From contig NZ_OZ242038.1 in NCBI RefSeq assembly GCF_965205175.1, positions 2,462,627 to 2,526,626 of the forward strand: 64,000 bases of DNA, in the 5' to 3' direction. Below the pieces are notes generated by a model that saw only the letters and a program-made list of their open reading frames with translations, searched no databases and had not been told where the DNA came from. The position numbers and the translations under genes are program-made. This document shows positions 46,475-56,963 of this stretch, in pieces; the first letter of the stretch is position 1, and every line of letters begins with the position of its first letter. Source of the DNA: Candidatus Poriferisodalis sp. GTDB lineage: Bacteria > Actinomycetota > Acidimicrobiia > Acidimicrobiales > Poriferisodalaceae.

Positions 46475-49400
46475 TCACATCAGCAGCGCTGCAGGCGCCT
46501 CGGCGCTGTCGGACGAGGCCGCATCGTCATCGGCGGCTGCGTCAAGTCGCGCGAGCGACGTCAGACGTTTGAGATCAACAGGTTCGGAGATGTCCACCCG
46601 CACTGCATGGAACAGCACCGTGCCATGCGCTCGCAGGTCGCGGCAACGATGCTCCGCCGGGGCCTCGCCTTCTGGCATCGCGACCGCTTCGGGCCACCAC
46701 ACCCGCGACTCGTACTCGGGCGGGGCCTCGATGCTCGGCGGCAGCGTGCCCGACGGCAGCCGCTTCTCCCCTGCCGGCAGCAGCTCTCCCAGCAGCTGTG
46801 GCAGCGTTTGGCGGCCGGTGCCGCTGCGGCCCAGCGACACGGTGATCCGATCTGACATGAAGGTCTTGGCCATCGCCCGGTTCAGCGCGTCCAGTGCGGT
46901 CTCGTGCAGCAGCGGGTCGAATTCGCCGGAGTACACACGCTGGGCGAAACGCCAGCGCGGCCCAGTGCCCTCGCCGCGCAGCACGGAGTCCAGCGGCATC
47001 GGATAGGCATCGTGCTCCGGCGGCGGCATGAAGCCGTCGGCGCCGATGCCGAATCTGGTCCGTTCGCTGCTGACGAACCGCGACGACATTCGGCGGTATT
47101 GCTCGCGCAGCCAGCCACTCGGTGCCAGCTCCGGCAACAGCTCGCCCAGAAAGGCGTCCCGTGTCTCATCGGTCAGCTGGAGGTCGAACATCAGCAGTTT
47201 GCGGACTGCCGGGGTCGGGTCCTGGGGAGGTGCTGCGGCGTGGTGCGAACCGAAGGGACGGTGCAGCAGCCGGGCGACTACTGCTGCTGTGGTCAGCCAG
47301 TGAGCCTTGAGCGTCTCCAGCGCTGCGGTGCGTGCCGCCGCCGCCTCGCACTCGTCGACCAACTCGTCGATGCGGTCCCGCCAAGCGCTCACCTGTTGCC
47401 GGTCGCGTCGGCGAATGAGCAACACCAGTCCGCCCGTGGCGACTGCCACGGCCACGGCAACGGTCAACAGCACGGTCAGCAGCCGCCAGCTGCGGTCTTC
47501 GAAGATCGTCGGGGCCGTAGCATCAAAGTTGAGCCCCGCGACGGCAATGACGAACGCGTAGACGAAGGGCACCGCTCCGGCCACACGATCCCCCACCAGT
47601 GCTGCCAGCGGACCAAGCAGGCCTCTGTCGCCGGCGAATCCGCTGTCGCCGGCGAATCCGCGGACCCAGGCTGCGATCGCCAACGCCATCACGCTTGACA
47701 CCACCGTGATGGCAGGCATCCACTGGCCCGGCCGGCTGAGCCAGCTCTGCTCGATGGCCGATGCCGCTACCACCGTCACGGCTGCGGTCCCGGCGTAGAC
47801 CGCCGCCACTAGCGTGAGGCGAATCTGTGCGGACCAGCTGCGACTCGGCGTCAGCCGAAGCATCGGCGGCACGGTGGCCGCCAGCGACAGCAGCAAGAAC
47901 GAAGTGATTCTCTGATCCTCGGAGAGCCGGTCAGGCGTGAACACCTCGCGCAGCTCGGTCAAGGTCAACAACGAGCCGGCGCCGATCAGCACCGAAGCCA
48001 GCAAGGCATAGGCGACGAACGAGGTGACCCCCGGCTCGGGCCGGGTCTTCGGGTCGATGTGCTGCTGCAAGAGGCCGATGTGATGCTCGACGTCTCGTTC
48101 GGAGCGCTCGATCTCCTCGTCGAACTGGCGCGTCACTTCTGCGAGCAGCGTCGGCTCGTCTTGCCAGCCCGAGTCGCCAGCATCCGCAAGCGGCAATGTG
48201 CCCGATTCATCGTCTGATTCGTCGTTGTCGGGAGGGTCATCACCCTGCGCATCGCCGGAGCCCGAGTCTGGCGCTGCGGTGTTGATGCTGGCGCCGTCAG
48301 CCGCCGAAGACAGGTGCGCGTTCGGGTCGAGCATGGCAACGGCCTGCGTCAGCTCGTCGGCATCGGGCGCCAGCGCATCGGGGTCGACGACCACATAGCG
48401 GGCGCCGGCGATCTCGTCTCGCACATGGTCAGCGCCCGATGCCGCGTCCGCCATGCCGAACACACCGTCGAGCAGCGCGTCCCAGCCGTCGGTCGGCACA
48501 CGTTCGATGGAGACCGGCGGGCGGCCAGCGTCCAGCAGTTGCTTGGCCTTCTGTCGAACACTTGACGACATGCTGCTGGTGTCGTCGAAATCGTCTGTGC
48601 CTTCGACGAGCGGTGCAGTCCACGGCGCAACCTGCGCAGTCTGTTTGACGTAGTCGTCAAGTCTCGATGCGGCTTGTGCCACGTCCTGATCGCGCTCGAG
48701 CGCGCTACTGATCGTCTCACTGGCGAGACGGCGTGCGCTGGCGGTCTGCGACAGCGGCATCAAGCTGCGCACCTCGCTGTAGGGCGTAGCTGCGGCCCCG
48801 TCAACTGCGTTGGCTTCGTGCAGGCTGCCGTCTGACATGTCGGCTGGCACGCGATAATCCCGCGGATAGATGTACGGCGCAGCAGCCCGAACGGTGTACG
48901 CAGGATCGGGGGCGGGCAGCTGCCCGGGTGTCAGCGGCAACAGCCCCGTGCCGTCTAGCGACTGCTCCGGCGACGGCGTGTGGATACGAGCGGCACGGCA
49001 CATCGAGCGCACCAGCCGAACCAAGGGTCTGCCTACACCGCTCACGGCGCTTGGAACGAACTCGACCGGTGCGCCGTCCATGGTCGACCAGAAACCAGCT
49101 AGGGAGGCAACTTCGACGGCCACGTGCCACGCGTAGACCTCGTCATGGCTTGCATCGTCAGGTTCTCCGTCCCCCACAGGCATCGCTGCTGCGCGTTCGA
49201 ACTGCCGATCCGACGGCAGCACCACCAGAGCGCTGTTGGCCTCAGGGCTGGCAAAATCCTCGCCGGGCACGAGCCCGTCATCGCCGTAACGAGGCACCCA
49301 TACCCGGTGTGAAGCGACTCGGGTGTGCTCTGGCATGATCCGTTGCAGGTCGTGCCGCAGCATTCGGTCCGCCCGCGCTAGTTCGACCTGCTGTGTCGGG

Positions 49401-49780
49401 CCGAGGTCGGCTGTACAGACAGTCACGATGTCAACCCGGCTCAGCGCACCTTGACCGTGCAGCTCGTACATCAGCCCCACCGACCGCCATTCGCCCGCAT
49501 GGAGCAGACGCGAAGAACGCCCAAGGTCCGGTGGTGCCGGATCGTCACTTACGGGCGCACAGCACTCCACGCACATGATCGGCGACAGCTGCAACGCCGC
49601 CGACAGGCCCGTCCAGACATCAAGCGCCGACACCATAGCTCCGTCGTCAGCGCGGTAGAGCACAATCGCAACGCCCTTCGTCCCATCTGCCGCACGAGAA
49701 GCGAAAGACAGATCCGTCTTACTGCTATCCTCGTGTTCCTCCGCCCCAACGGAGGCAATACTCATATCAGTAGCTCTCAT
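46475..49780 (-). CDS. 1101-aa polytopic membrane protein of unknown function (last gene of the vWA/tubulin-like operon)
   Basis: ATG at 49780, 4 nt after the stop of the upstream gene. Soluble N-terminal ~600 aa, then a central cluster of hydrophobic helices (VAYALLASVLIGAGSLL, FLLLSLAATVPPML, LTLVAAVYAGTAAVTVVAA, ITVVSSVMALAIAAWV, VPFVYAFVIAVAGL, LLTVLLTVAVAVAVATGGLVLLI), then a soluble C-terminal ~300 aa. I recognise no domain. Confidence 0.75.
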   Translation of the reverse strand: MRATDMSIASVGAEEHEDSSKTDLSFASRAADGTKGVAIVLYRADDGAMVSALDVWTGLSAALQLSPIMCVECCAPVSDDPAPPDLGRSSRLLHAGEWRSVGLMYELHGQGALSRVDIVTVCTADLGPTQQVELARADRMLRHDLQRIMPEHTRVASHRVWVPRYGDDGLVPGEDFASPEANSALVVLPSDRQFERAAAMPVGDGEPDDASHDEVYAWHVAVEVASLAGFWSTMDGAPVEFVPSAVSGVGRPLVRLVRSMCRAARIHTPSPEQSLDGTGLLPLTPGQLPAPDPAYTVRAAAPYIYPRDYRVPADMSDGSLHEANAVDGAAATPYSEVRSLMPLSQTASARRLASETISSALERDQDVAQAASRLDDYVKQTAQVAPWTAPLVEGTDDFDDTSSMSSSVRQKAKQLLDAGRPPVSIERVPTDGWDALLDGVFGMADAASGADHVRDEIAGARYVVVDPDALAPDADELTQAVAMLDPNAHLSSAADGASINTAAPDSGSGDAQGDDPPDNDESDDESGTLPLADAGDSGWQDEPTLLAEVTRQFDEEIERSERDVEHHIGLLQQHIDPKTRPEPGVTSFVAYALLASVLIGAGSLLTLTELREVFTPDRLSEDQRITSFLLLSLAATVPPMLRLTPSRSWSAQIRLTLVAAVYAGTAAVTVVAASAIEQSWLSRPGQWMPAITVVSSVMALAIAAWVRGFAGDSGFAGDRGLLGPLAALVGDRVAGAVPFVYAFVIAVAGLNFDATAPTIFEDRSWRLLTVLLTVAVAVAVATGGLVLLIRRRDRQQVSAWRDRIDELVDECEAAAARTAALETLKAHWLTTAAVVARLLHRPFGSHHAAAPPQDPTPAVRKLLMFDLQLTDETRDAFLGELLPELAPSGWLREQYRRMSSRFVSSERTRFGIGADGFMPPPEHDAYPMPLDSVLRGEGTGPRWRFAQRVYSGEFDPLLHETALDALNRAMAKTFMSDRITVSLGRSGTGRQTLPQLLGELLPAGEKRLPSGTLPPSIEAPPEYESRVWWPEAVAMPEGEAPAEHRCRDLRAHGTVLFHAVRVDISEPVDLKRLTSLARLDAAADDDAASSDSAEAPAALLM

Positions 49781-49784
49781 CGGT

Positions 49785-52700
49785 CTATGCTTGAGCGCGC
49801 GTTTCGGCAGCCTGCATTATGTCTTCGAGTGCCGGTCTCATATGGCGCTGCCACAATCCCGTCCACTGTGGAGCATCAGAGAGTAGCGCCGGTTCGTTCC
49901 TCCAATCATCACGAAGCTTGGTGAATTTGTCGTCGTAAATGCGCATCAATTTGCGACACTCCTCCGCGACATGACTCGCGCGCCATTCCGGCGAAACAAC
50001 AACGCTGTCCGATTCAGCATCAAGCCAAGCCCGGCATTTCGTACCAGCATCTATCTGGCCAAGCTCCACATACCGCAATAGTGACGCATTCAAGCGCTTG
50101 TATGCAAACAACTCCTGCACGAGTGACCCATCAACTCGGCTAGACACCGCCGCGCGTCCAAGATCTCTCAGCTCAATGTACGGTACAAGCGGACCCGGAT
50201 CCGCCTGTCGATTTACTTCCAAGTAAGACAAGGCGAGCGCTTCTAGAGTCAGCGGCAACGCATCATCATCACCTTCGGCGCTCGACGTTGATAAGCACCC
50301 GGCTGAAAACAATTCATAGGCTTTCCGTTTCGAGATCCAGATTTCCCACATACGCTGTTCGACATCGAACCGTATCTGACCTAGCAACCGACCTGTGAAC
50401 CAACCTCGCGTCATGCATCGAATCAGTGCCTGCGGTGCCGGTACGAAAGATTCTAATGGTTGAGCGCGACGATATTGCCAAAAGTTCTGGCGTTCCATCG
50501 AGGTACTACATTCAGCCCATCGTGCTACAATCGGTCGTAACAGTGAATCGACGACAAGCACCGAGATTGGCGGGTCGAGGATCGTCGTGATGTCGATGTC
50601 CTTTAGCGACCAATCATTTCCTAACGCTTCCTTAGCGACCTGGCTGTCGACTCCCCAGTTCTTTAGTGCTGCCAACACCTCATCTTGGACCACACTGCCA
50701 GCAAACGGAATCTCGGAAAGGTAGATCTTCGGGCGAACATTAGTCGCCTGTGCCGGTTGAACTTTACCCAACAGTTGCTGGTCAACGCTGACCAGAGGTG
50801 CAGCGCCTGCCATCGCAGCACCGAGTTGACCCATGACGCGTGATTGCCTCTGCGTTACGTTCGCAAAATTCGCCGCCGCTAGTACAGCACTATTGCCATC
50901 TCCGCCGTCCACAAATTCTCGAAGTGAGCAATTGATAAGACGTTCCCATACCGAGCCGGTGTCCCGTAGTCGATGATGGGCCCTCTTCTCAAGAGCATCG
51001 ATACGCGTCATGATCGTCACCGACAGCGAAGAAGGTGGGCCATCCATTAACGCCCTATCTAGCGAAGGCAGTTCCGGATTCCAGTCCTGCTGAATATACA
51101 CACAGGAACGCCAGTCATGGTGCTGTAGCTGAGATCCGTCCTTGAAAAAACAACCGGTGATGACATCGCTCCTGATCTTTTCGCGCTGGGCCGAAGTTGT
51201 TGTTGCCAGTCCGATATCACGCGCCAACAACTCATAAAATATGTCCGAATAGTGTGCGGGATCAATTAGCGAATAATCGCCCTTAGGTGGTCGCTCGCTG
51301 TCAGCCGGTGCAGCACCGTCCCAAGCTGGCCAAGCGTTTGTCTGCCGAAAATCCTGATCTAGGTCATCAGCTGCGGCACGTAACGCATTCGCCAAGGGCC
51401 GCAGAATGCCTTTTGCGATTTGTTCGGCCAAGTCAGCCGCCCGTTGGCCGAGTAAAGCGGCGCCGTCAAATTGGGCAAGATAAACGCCTTGTCTTATGGC
51501 TTCAGCAAGGCGCCGGTCGTTAGCACCAATTTTCCCTTTGATGTTAACCAACACCTGTGTGACTTCAGTGCCAACTGTGCTAGCCCACGCTTCGCGGCGC
51601 GAAGCCTCAGTACGCAGGGTGTGAACGTCATGAAACAGCTTATCAGCGATTGCATCAGACAGTTTCGCGGTCAAGCGTAAGCCGTAAAGGCCGATACAAC
51701 GTTCGATTTCATCAAGTATCTGCGTTTGAATGATGCCGCGGCAAGCCATCGTCGAGGTATCGAGTTCATTACGATAATCCAACAAATACTTGTTCTTCGC
51801 CGCATCGATTGCAGCGACAATCTGCTCTTTCCATTGTGTCGCTTTCAGTTTCACAGTGGCATCACCATCGACTCCTGAGTTGCTTCGAACCGACCGCTCT
51901 AGTTCATCATCCAGTCGGCGAACTGGTTGCAGCTGACGAATGATCTGATGGTTCTCGAATTTGGTACCAGCGAGTCCGGTGACAGACAGGACACTTGTTA
52001 GCAGTAGCTCTGACATGGCATTCAAGATTTGGTCCGGGTGCTGACTCTTTAGCTTTTGGCCGGTCTGCGTCGCAAGATGAGAATCCGTATGAAACTTGGT
52101 TAGATGCCGAACTGCCTCGCGCACAAGACGCCGCTTAGCGAAGAGCCCAAAGTAATGACCACCGACTGACAGACGAGAGAAGCCAACAGCAGATATACAC
52201 GGCGGGCCAACTTCGTAGGGCTTGCCAAGGTTAACCAATACTTCGCCTGCGCTTGCATTAGCCTTTGCAGCTGTTTGATCCCAGTTTGTCAACGTGTATC
52301 CACTGATGTGATTCCAGACGGTGTTATCTGTCACCCACGACAACATGGCACGCGCGGCGATCTCAAATACGCGTTCGGGCGTGCCATGGTCAACATTCCC
52401 TGATGACCTTCGGCCCACCAAGAAAGGATACTGAGGGCCGCTTCTCTTTTGCGGCTTCGGCAGCCCGATTTTGCTTAGTAGCGGGTTTGTCTTTGGTTCC
52501 GGGAGACCAGTAGCCTGTTTGACGCTTCCGTGCCACCATTGTCCGTTCAACATCTCGCAAATGGCGGCGAAACTGTTGGGGTAGACTCCTTCAGTTTGCG
52601 CGACATTCACAGCTTCGAACACTTCTGGAGTGTAGAGCAGTGCAACGATGCGCTCAGCAGCCGGCGTATTCATCGCTCGCAGCACGTCACAGACGGTCGT

Positions 52701-53276
52701 CAAGAGGCCAGAACCAGCGCCACCTGCTAATGAACCAACAACAATTATTGACATCACGGGTGCTTTGGTTGACCCGGCGAATAGTCCAGGATTAGCGTTC
52801 GCAGAAAGCTGAACCAGCTGGGCTTGAGCTTCAGGTCCAGTCATATCCTGAATTTTGGCTCTCAAGGAGTTGTGGATCGTCCGCGCGTACGCTAGCGCCA
52901 CAGAGTGGCCGATAGCTCTCCACTGACCAGCGCCTTGATCAAGTTGCACTTGGACACCAGCTGGTTCTACGCGCCAGGTCCGCAATTCATCGATGATGGG
53001 GGGAGGCATGCCATCCAAGATGGTCTGCAACGACTCGAAATCCATACCGGGAGGAATGAGACCAAGATATTCATCGTCAGCAAGATTCGGTACGCGATCA
53101 TCGATTTCTTGTCCGTCAGCCTGGGTTGGTGTATCAATATGCAGAAACTGCCATGCGCTGGGGATGGAACTGCCAGGGGAACGTGACGCTAGCCACGTTG
53201 CCATTGCGTGCTTGAGAAACCGAAGTGTCTTGCCACCGGACCCGCCCAAACCAACAAACAGAAACCTATTGTACAC
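49785..53276 (-). CDS. Giant tubulin/FtsZ-like (Tubulin_2 / FtsZl-1-type) putative GTPase, 1163 aa
   Basis: N-terminus MYNRFLFVGLGGSGGKTL (T1-loop-like GxGGxG), GAGQWRAIGH, and IIVVGSLAGGAGSGLL, which resembles the tubulin/FtsZ signature GGGTGSG. About 850 further aa are mostly helical with no TM segment. GC content is markedly lower. Confidence 0.8.
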   Translation of the reverse strand: MYNRFLFVGLGGSGGKTLRFLKHAMATWLASRSPGSSIPSAWQFLHIDTPTQADGQEIDDRVPNLADDEYLGLIPPGMDFESLQTILDGMPPPIIDELRTWRVEPAGVQVQLDQGAGQWRAIGHSVALAYARTIHNSLRAKIQDMTGPEAQAQLVQLSANANPGLFAGSTKAPVMSIIVVGSLAGGAGSGLLTTVCDVLRAMNTPAAERIVALLYTPEVFEAVNVAQTEGVYPNSFAAICEMLNGQWWHGSVKQATGLPEPKTNPLLSKIGLPKPQKRSGPQYPFLVGRRSSGNVDHGTPERVFEIAARAMLSWVTDNTVWNHISGYTLTNWDQTAAKANASAGEVLVNLGKPYEVGPPCISAVGFSRLSVGGHYFGLFAKRRLVREAVRHLTKFHTDSHLATQTGQKLKSQHPDQILNAMSELLLTSVLSVTGLAGTKFENHQIIRQLQPVRRLDDELERSVRSNSGVDGDATVKLKATQWKEQIVAAIDAAKNKYLLDYRNELDTSTMACRGIIQTQILDEIERCIGLYGLRLTAKLSDAIADKLFHDVHTLRTEASRREAWASTVGTEVTQVLVNIKGKIGANDRRLAEAIRQGVYLAQFDGAALLGQRAADLAEQIAKGILRPLANALRAAADDLDQDFRQTNAWPAWDGAAPADSERPPKGDYSLIDPAHYSDIFYELLARDIGLATTTSAQREKIRSDVITGCFFKDGSQLQHHDWRSCVYIQQDWNPELPSLDRALMDGPPSSLSVTIMTRIDALEKRAHHRLRDTGSVWERLINCSLREFVDGGDGNSAVLAAANFANVTQRQSRVMGQLGAAMAGAAPLVSVDQQLLGKVQPAQATNVRPKIYLSEIPFAGSVVQDEVLAALKNWGVDSQVAKEALGNDWSLKDIDITTILDPPISVLVVDSLLRPIVARWAECSTSMERQNFWQYRRAQPLESFVPAPQALIRCMTRGWFTGRLLGQIRFDVEQRMWEIWISKRKAYELFSAGCLSTSSAEGDDDALPLTLEALALSYLEVNRQADPGPLVPYIELRDLGRAAVSSRVDGSLVQELFAYKRLNASLLRYVELGQIDAGTKCRAWLDAESDSVVVSPEWRASHVAEECRKLMRIYDDKFTKLRDDWRNEPALLSDAPQWTGLWQRHMRPALEDIMQAAETRAQA

Positions 53277-53392
53277 TTGTTATACTCGATTCTTATCTCT
53301 TTAGTTTACTTGAGAAGATTACTTATGAGTGCGCAGAGGGATGAGGAAGGCCATCGAGTCGTCGCTACTCAAGCCCGTGCCACCATATGACC

Positions 53393-56300
53393 TCAGTTTG
53401 TGGGCGACGGCGGTGGCGGCGGTGGGTCAGCGTCCATATCAGGCAGTTGCATTTTGGCGTCGCCAACGTCAGGATCACTAGCAGGACGCTGATTCATCTT
53501 GATATCAGGCTGACTGACATTGCGCACCTCGGCCGAGTCCATGATTTGCTCGAGCAAATTCGTCGCTTCAAAATTTTGGATCATTCCCATGTCACTAGCT
53601 TGTGGCAAGGCCAACCAGATGTTTGCCACGGCGGAGTTGCCGATATTGTCTGTATCTAGAATGCCCACGATCAGTAGTCGATCGAATTCCGCTGGAGCTG
53701 CCGCTACGGTCGAGCGCTTAGACTGCCTGCGGCCTTTCGGTGAAACTGCGATCACGCCATTGGCAGCTTGTACCTCGCTCCACGGTCCGCGTAGCAACCC
53801 AGGCAACCAAAATCGCGGGGAACGACGAAGCAGTACACTGATGCTGCTGGTTCCCGATTGTGATGCCGGACCCTTCCATCGCCGATAGCGAGGCTTAGTC
53901 TGGCCGACTACTCGCCCCAATATGGCTTCTCCAGGCGCTGACTGCAGCGCGGCTATAGGATCGTCTTCGAATGAGTGGGTCCGCCCGCCATTGCTGTGAA
54001 TCCTCAAGGCGGCGCGATGCCACCGGAAGGCGGCTGGATTGGGCAAGCTGAAGGTTGAGCATAGAGCCAAGCAGAAAAGCACATAGCTGACCAGCAGACT
54101 GGCGATGAGCAGCAGGATCGTGAGCCAGCGCGCCACGCCCGAATCACTGCGCGCTGCGTATGAGGCATCGACCGGCAGGTCTGCGCGTTGGTCTGCCATT
54201 TGCTCAGCAGCGAGAGTGTTGAAGGCGTCATCGTCTTGGGCGGTCTGCCACTCGAGACGCAGCCGGATGACGCCGTCGATGCTCCAGTCACCGTTGGCCA
54301 GTTCGTCAGGAGTGACGAAATACAGCCGCATTCTGCCGTCGACCAAGTCGGCATCGGCATCGAGCCGCAGTGTCAGGCCGTCCTCACTGAGGGCCCCGGC
54401 ATCAGGGCGGCCGTGCCGAGCGGAGTCGAAACGCCAATCAAGAAGTTGGTTGTCGTCTGCAGCGCCCGTGTCGGAGCTGTCAGACAGGTCAGGCTGCCAT
54501 CGCGCGGTCAGCACCGCAGTACCTGTCTCCGGCGGCGTCAGATAGCAGGCCGACTCGCCGCGCAGGGGTTCGCGGGGAAGTTCGTCTTGCGCCGGTAGGA
54601 CTTCCAGCGCGCTGACTCCGTCGGGGCCCGAATCGCAGGCAAGCGCAGGAGCACCGACGCAGTCGTACAACCGCTGGGCGGGTCCGACGACCCGAATCCG
54701 GACGTGCTCCTCTATCTGGCCAGGCCCGAACATTTCCTCGGTGAGTGGCGGTTCCCACCTGTACTCGAACGGTCGGGTGAAGTCGTACGGCTCTTGGCAC
54801 TCAAGAGGTTTCAGCTCGAATACGACTCTTCGGTCGTCAACCTCAGCGCGGTCGTCGTCCTCAGCGCGGTCGTCGTCGCGCTCGCAATACACGCGGTGTA
54901 CCCGTTCGTCGAGCCACTCGTCGGGAAGGTTGTCGCACAGGCCTTGCGGTGCAGGATTCACGATGATTCGACTGCCGTCGAGTATGGGACTCGTGACTCG
55001 ACCCGATATGCCGACCGACTCCCGATCTTCGCCGCTGTCAAAGTCGCGTCCGTCGCGCGTCGCGCCGTCTCCCCGCCCGCCGTTCTCGTCGCTGGCAGGG
55101 CCACTTCCGTCGGGCTGTTCTCCGCTCTCGCCGTTGTCAGGGCTACCCCCGTCCGGCCTCTCACCGCTCTCGTCGTCAGGTGCAGGCCCCCGCTTGGGTG
55201 CTCGAATGACGTCTTCAAGCGGCTTTTCTTCCGGTCCAGGTCCGACAGCTTCGGCATCGACGTCTTGCCGGTCGGGGATGTTGCGGAGCACGTAGCATGT
55301 GACGAGCGCACCTTCATTGCCTGCGGTCTCAATCAGCAGGCGCCAGCCGGCGGCGAGGCCGGACAGCTCCTGACTGCGAATGCGAAGTGGTTCCGTGCCG
55401 CTGCCGCTGCCGTTGATCTCGGGTACGTTGCCCGCCGGATCAATCTTGTACCCATTGATTTGCGCCCCATCACGCGGGTATGCGACGATCTCACGGATGT
55501 ACCGGCCTGCGGGCATCTCTTCTGAGAACGTTCCGGGGGCTAGGTTCGCACCGCAATCCGGCCATTCCTCTAGGTCGCGGATGGCTTGCTCCAGCTTCTC
55601 GATCAGCAGATCGGCTAAGCTTCCCAACTCGCTGCCACTGATGACTTCGCCGCGGCGGTCGGCCTGCGGGTCGTCGCTCCACTGCGCGCAGTCGATGCCG
55701 AGTGACTCCGGAAGACCGACCGGACTCGGCAGTCCTGCGTCGCCGGTCAGCGCGCGGAGTATCTGCTTGGGTGCGTCGGCCATCTCGTCCTTGGCGCCAC
55801 GCTCGTCACTCTGCTCTTGCTGACGCCGGAAATCGTCGCCGATGAGCACGGCAAACGTCTGAATGCCCGCATCCTCGTAGCGACGCTTCAGCGGACCGCA
55901 CACCTCATGCCGCAACTCCTCAGCTTCCTGCCTGAGCAACCGTTCATCCGGTGACCGCGAGGTCATCTGCCCCGTCGGGTCGTGCAAGCCGTCGGTGAAG
56001 AACAGCAGCACTTTGCACGCGTCGGCGGCACTGTCGCGCCGGAACGCCTGCTCGATCTCATTGAGCGCAGCGAGGTAGTTGGTGTGGCTGACGCGACGGC
56101 TGCCGTCCGCCCTGCGCTCGCCCAGCGAATCGTCGATCGCCTCGTCGGACGGATGCAGTGAGGTGATCTGCTCAAAGCCGGCCACCCGGGCCACACGAGT
56201 ATCGAAACGCCACAGCGACAGCCGCACCTTGCCCACCTCGGCGGCCTCGTCGTCTTGCATCGCACGGAGCTCTTCGATCAGAGCGACCAACTTGTCGCGG

Positions 56301-56584
56301 AACATCCTCAGCGCCGTGCTGCGCTGCCGGCCGGCAGGGTCGCTGCCCGATCGCGGCGCGTTCAGCGACCCCGACGCGTCCATCATCACCAACACGTCGA
56401 TGTCACTCTGATCGGGGCACGGCGTGTAGCCGCCGGACTGCGCGCCCGCGTGAGCACCGCCGGCGAGGGTCAACAACGGCGCTGCGATCAGCACAGTGCA
56501 CAGCACAGCCAGCACGCGTCGGGCGCTACGGCCACTGTGGACGCAGCTGATGGGCAGCCTGTCGGTGCGGGGCGGGTGGCTCAC
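53393..56584 (-). CDS. vWA-domain membrane protein, about 1063 aa
   Basis: I prefer the GTG at 56584 (GTGA overlap with the upstream stop); the track start is 56614. N-terminal signal/anchor RRVLAVLCTVLIAAPLLTLAGGAHA. vWA MIDAS elements VLVMMDASGS...SHTNY...VLLFFTDGLHD. Acidic low-complexity middle. TM WLTILLLIASLLVSYVLFCLALC near residue 830, then a ~220-aa tail. Confidence 0.8.
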   Translation of the reverse strand: MSHPPRTDRLPISCVHSGRSARRVLAVLCTVLIAAPLLTLAGGAHAGAQSGGYTPCPDQSDIDVLVMMDASGSLNAPRSGSDPAGRQRSTALRMFRDKLVALIEELRAMQDDEAAEVGKVRLSLWRFDTRVARVAGFEQITSLHPSDEAIDDSLGERRADGSRRVSHTNYLAALNEIEQAFRRDSAADACKVLLFFTDGLHDPTGQMTSRSPDERLLRQEAEELRHEVCGPLKRRYEDAGIQTFAVLIGDDFRRQQEQSDERGAKDEMADAPKQILRALTGDAGLPSPVGLPESLGIDCAQWSDDPQADRRGEVISGSELGSLADLLIEKLEQAIRDLEEWPDCGANLAPGTFSEEMPAGRYIREIVAYPRDGAQINGYKIDPAGNVPEINGSGSGTEPLRIRSQELSGLAAGWRLLIETAGNEGALVTCYVLRNIPDRQDVDAEAVGPGPEEKPLEDVIRAPKRGPAPDDESGERPDGGSPDNGESGEQPDGSGPASDENGGRGDGATRDGRDFDSGEDRESVGISGRVTSPILDGSRIIVNPAPQGLCDNLPDEWLDERVHRVYCERDDDRAEDDDRAEVDDRRVVFELKPLECQEPYDFTRPFEYRWEPPLTEEMFGPGQIEEHVRIRVVGPAQRLYDCVGAPALACDSGPDGVSALEVLPAQDELPREPLRGESACYLTPPETGTAVLTARWQPDLSDSSDTGAADDNQLLDWRFDSARHGRPDAGALSEDGLTLRLDADADLVDGRMRLYFVTPDELANGDWSIDGVIRLRLEWQTAQDDDAFNTLAAEQMADQRADLPVDASYAARSDSGVARWLTILLLIASLLVSYVLFCLALCSTFSLPNPAAFRWHRAALRIHSNGGRTHSFEDDPIAALQSAPGEAILGRVVGQTKPRYRRWKGPASQSGTSSISVLLRRSPRFWLPGLLRGPWSEVQAANGVIAVSPKGRRQSKRSTVAAAPAEFDRLLIVGILDTDNIGNSAVANIWLALPQASDMGMIQNFEATNLLEQIMDSAEVRNVSQPDIKMNQRPASDPDVGDAKMQLPDMDADPPPPPPSPTN

Positions 56585-56877
56585 GGCCTCGTCAGGTCCT
56601 GCGCCCAGTACCACAGGTGAAGCGCGCCGAACACCCAGCTGCCGAACGTGGCCCAGCCGACCATCTTTCGGGCGCTGGGGCGCCAGTCATTGTACCTCAG
56701 GGTGGCGCGGGCCTTGTTGTCGGCCTTCAAGAACAGGTACAGCGTCAAGATGCTGACGAAGCAGCCGATCAGGTAGCCGAGCGTGTTGAAGTCGACCTCG
56801 CGGCCGGTCGCGGCGATGCCGTACTCGACGCGTGCGCCCAGCAGGAAGCTGAGCAGGGTGCAAAGCAGCACCGCCAC
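56581..56877 (-). CDS. Small three-TM membrane protein, first gene of the operon; probably the 3' part of a longer gene split by a homopolymer frameshift
   Basis: 98-aa ORF from a GTG with no SD. Hydrophobic helices VLLCTLLSFLLGA, LGYLIGCFVSILTLYLFL and MVGWATFGSWVFGALHLWYW. See the poly-G finding. Confidence 0.6.
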   Translation of the reverse strand: MAVLLCTLLSFLLGARVEYGIAATGREVDFNTLGYLIGCFVSILTLYLFLKADNKARATLRYNDWRPSARKMVGWATFGSWVFGALHLWYWAQDLTRP

Positions 56878-56950
56878 AGTCGCAACGAAACTCGGTATCG
56901 GCGGTCCGGCTGCTTTGCCGGCCGCCGCCGGACTAAAGGGTGGCTGGTGA

Positions 56951-56963
56951 CCCCCCCCCCCCC
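56951..56963. repeat. 13-nt C homopolymer on the plus strand (G13 on the coding minus strand)
   Basis: Counted directly: tggctggtga-ccccccccccccc-aactgcg. Confidence 0.98.

Noticed and set aside
56951-56963. G-quadruplex formation by the G13 tract
   Set aside because: A single 13-nt run cannot supply four G3 tracts with loops, and the flanking sequence offers no additional G-runs in suitable spacing. Slippage/frameshift is the better-supported consequence.
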